This document shows positions 63,901 to 64,000 of a stretch of DNA of 64,000 nucleotides, piece after piece. Source of the DNA: Mustelus asterias. Taxonomy: Eukaryota. The number at the start of each line of letters is the position of its first letter. Positions within the stretch are counted from its first letter, which is position 1. The stretch covers positions 67,828,001 to 67,892,000 of the forward strand of contig NC_135804.1 in NCBI RefSeq assembly GCF_964213995.1, read 5' to 3'. The notes beneath the pieces were generated by a model that did no database searches, was not told the origin of the DNA, and was given only the letters and a program-made list of their open reading frames with translations. Position numbers and translations under genes: made by a program.

Positions 63901-64000
63901 TGCACTGGTGAAGTAGCATAGTGGGGCGGGAAATGTTAGCAGAAGCCAAATAACGTGAAATGTGCCTAGTCTTCCACGATACGCCCAGGCCATTTTGTCG
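60961..64000 (+). repeat. Copy B of the segmental/tandem duplication (matches 1-3040)
   Basis: As for copy A; ORF track pairs 138..605/61098..61565 and 1972..2307/62932..63267. Confidence 0.97.

Overview
This is repeat-rich vertebrate genomic DNA, most likely from a shark (inferred from HE1-type SINEs, shark-type CR1 and Rex1/Babar LINEs and Harbinger remnants). It contains one intact spliced gene on the minus strand, 27855 to 17541, with 7 coding exons and 348 aa. The ORF track shows only fragments of it. The product is a type-I Ig-superfamily receptor: leader, germline V(J-like) domain, C1-set domain, uncharged transmembrane helix, and a cytoplasmic tail with three canonical ITIMs (LLYAAL, LTYVAL, LTYAAV) plus a fourth tyrosine motif (TVYTET). 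The tail layout resembles SIRP-alpha, but there is only one C1 domain. Positions 1-3040 recur gap-free at 60961-64000 (offset 60,960 bp, about 28 substitutions counted by eye, ~99% identity). The window is therefore probably one unit of a recent ~61-kb tandem duplication carrying one receptor gene per unit. The rest is nested transposon debris: CR1, Rex1/Babar, older L2/CR1-type LINEs, a Gypsy remnant, Harbinger remnants, a ~2.2-kb foldback element, and a Penelope-like fragment with a minimal hammerhead ribozyme. Transposon boundaries are approximate. Exon boundaries were read base by base.
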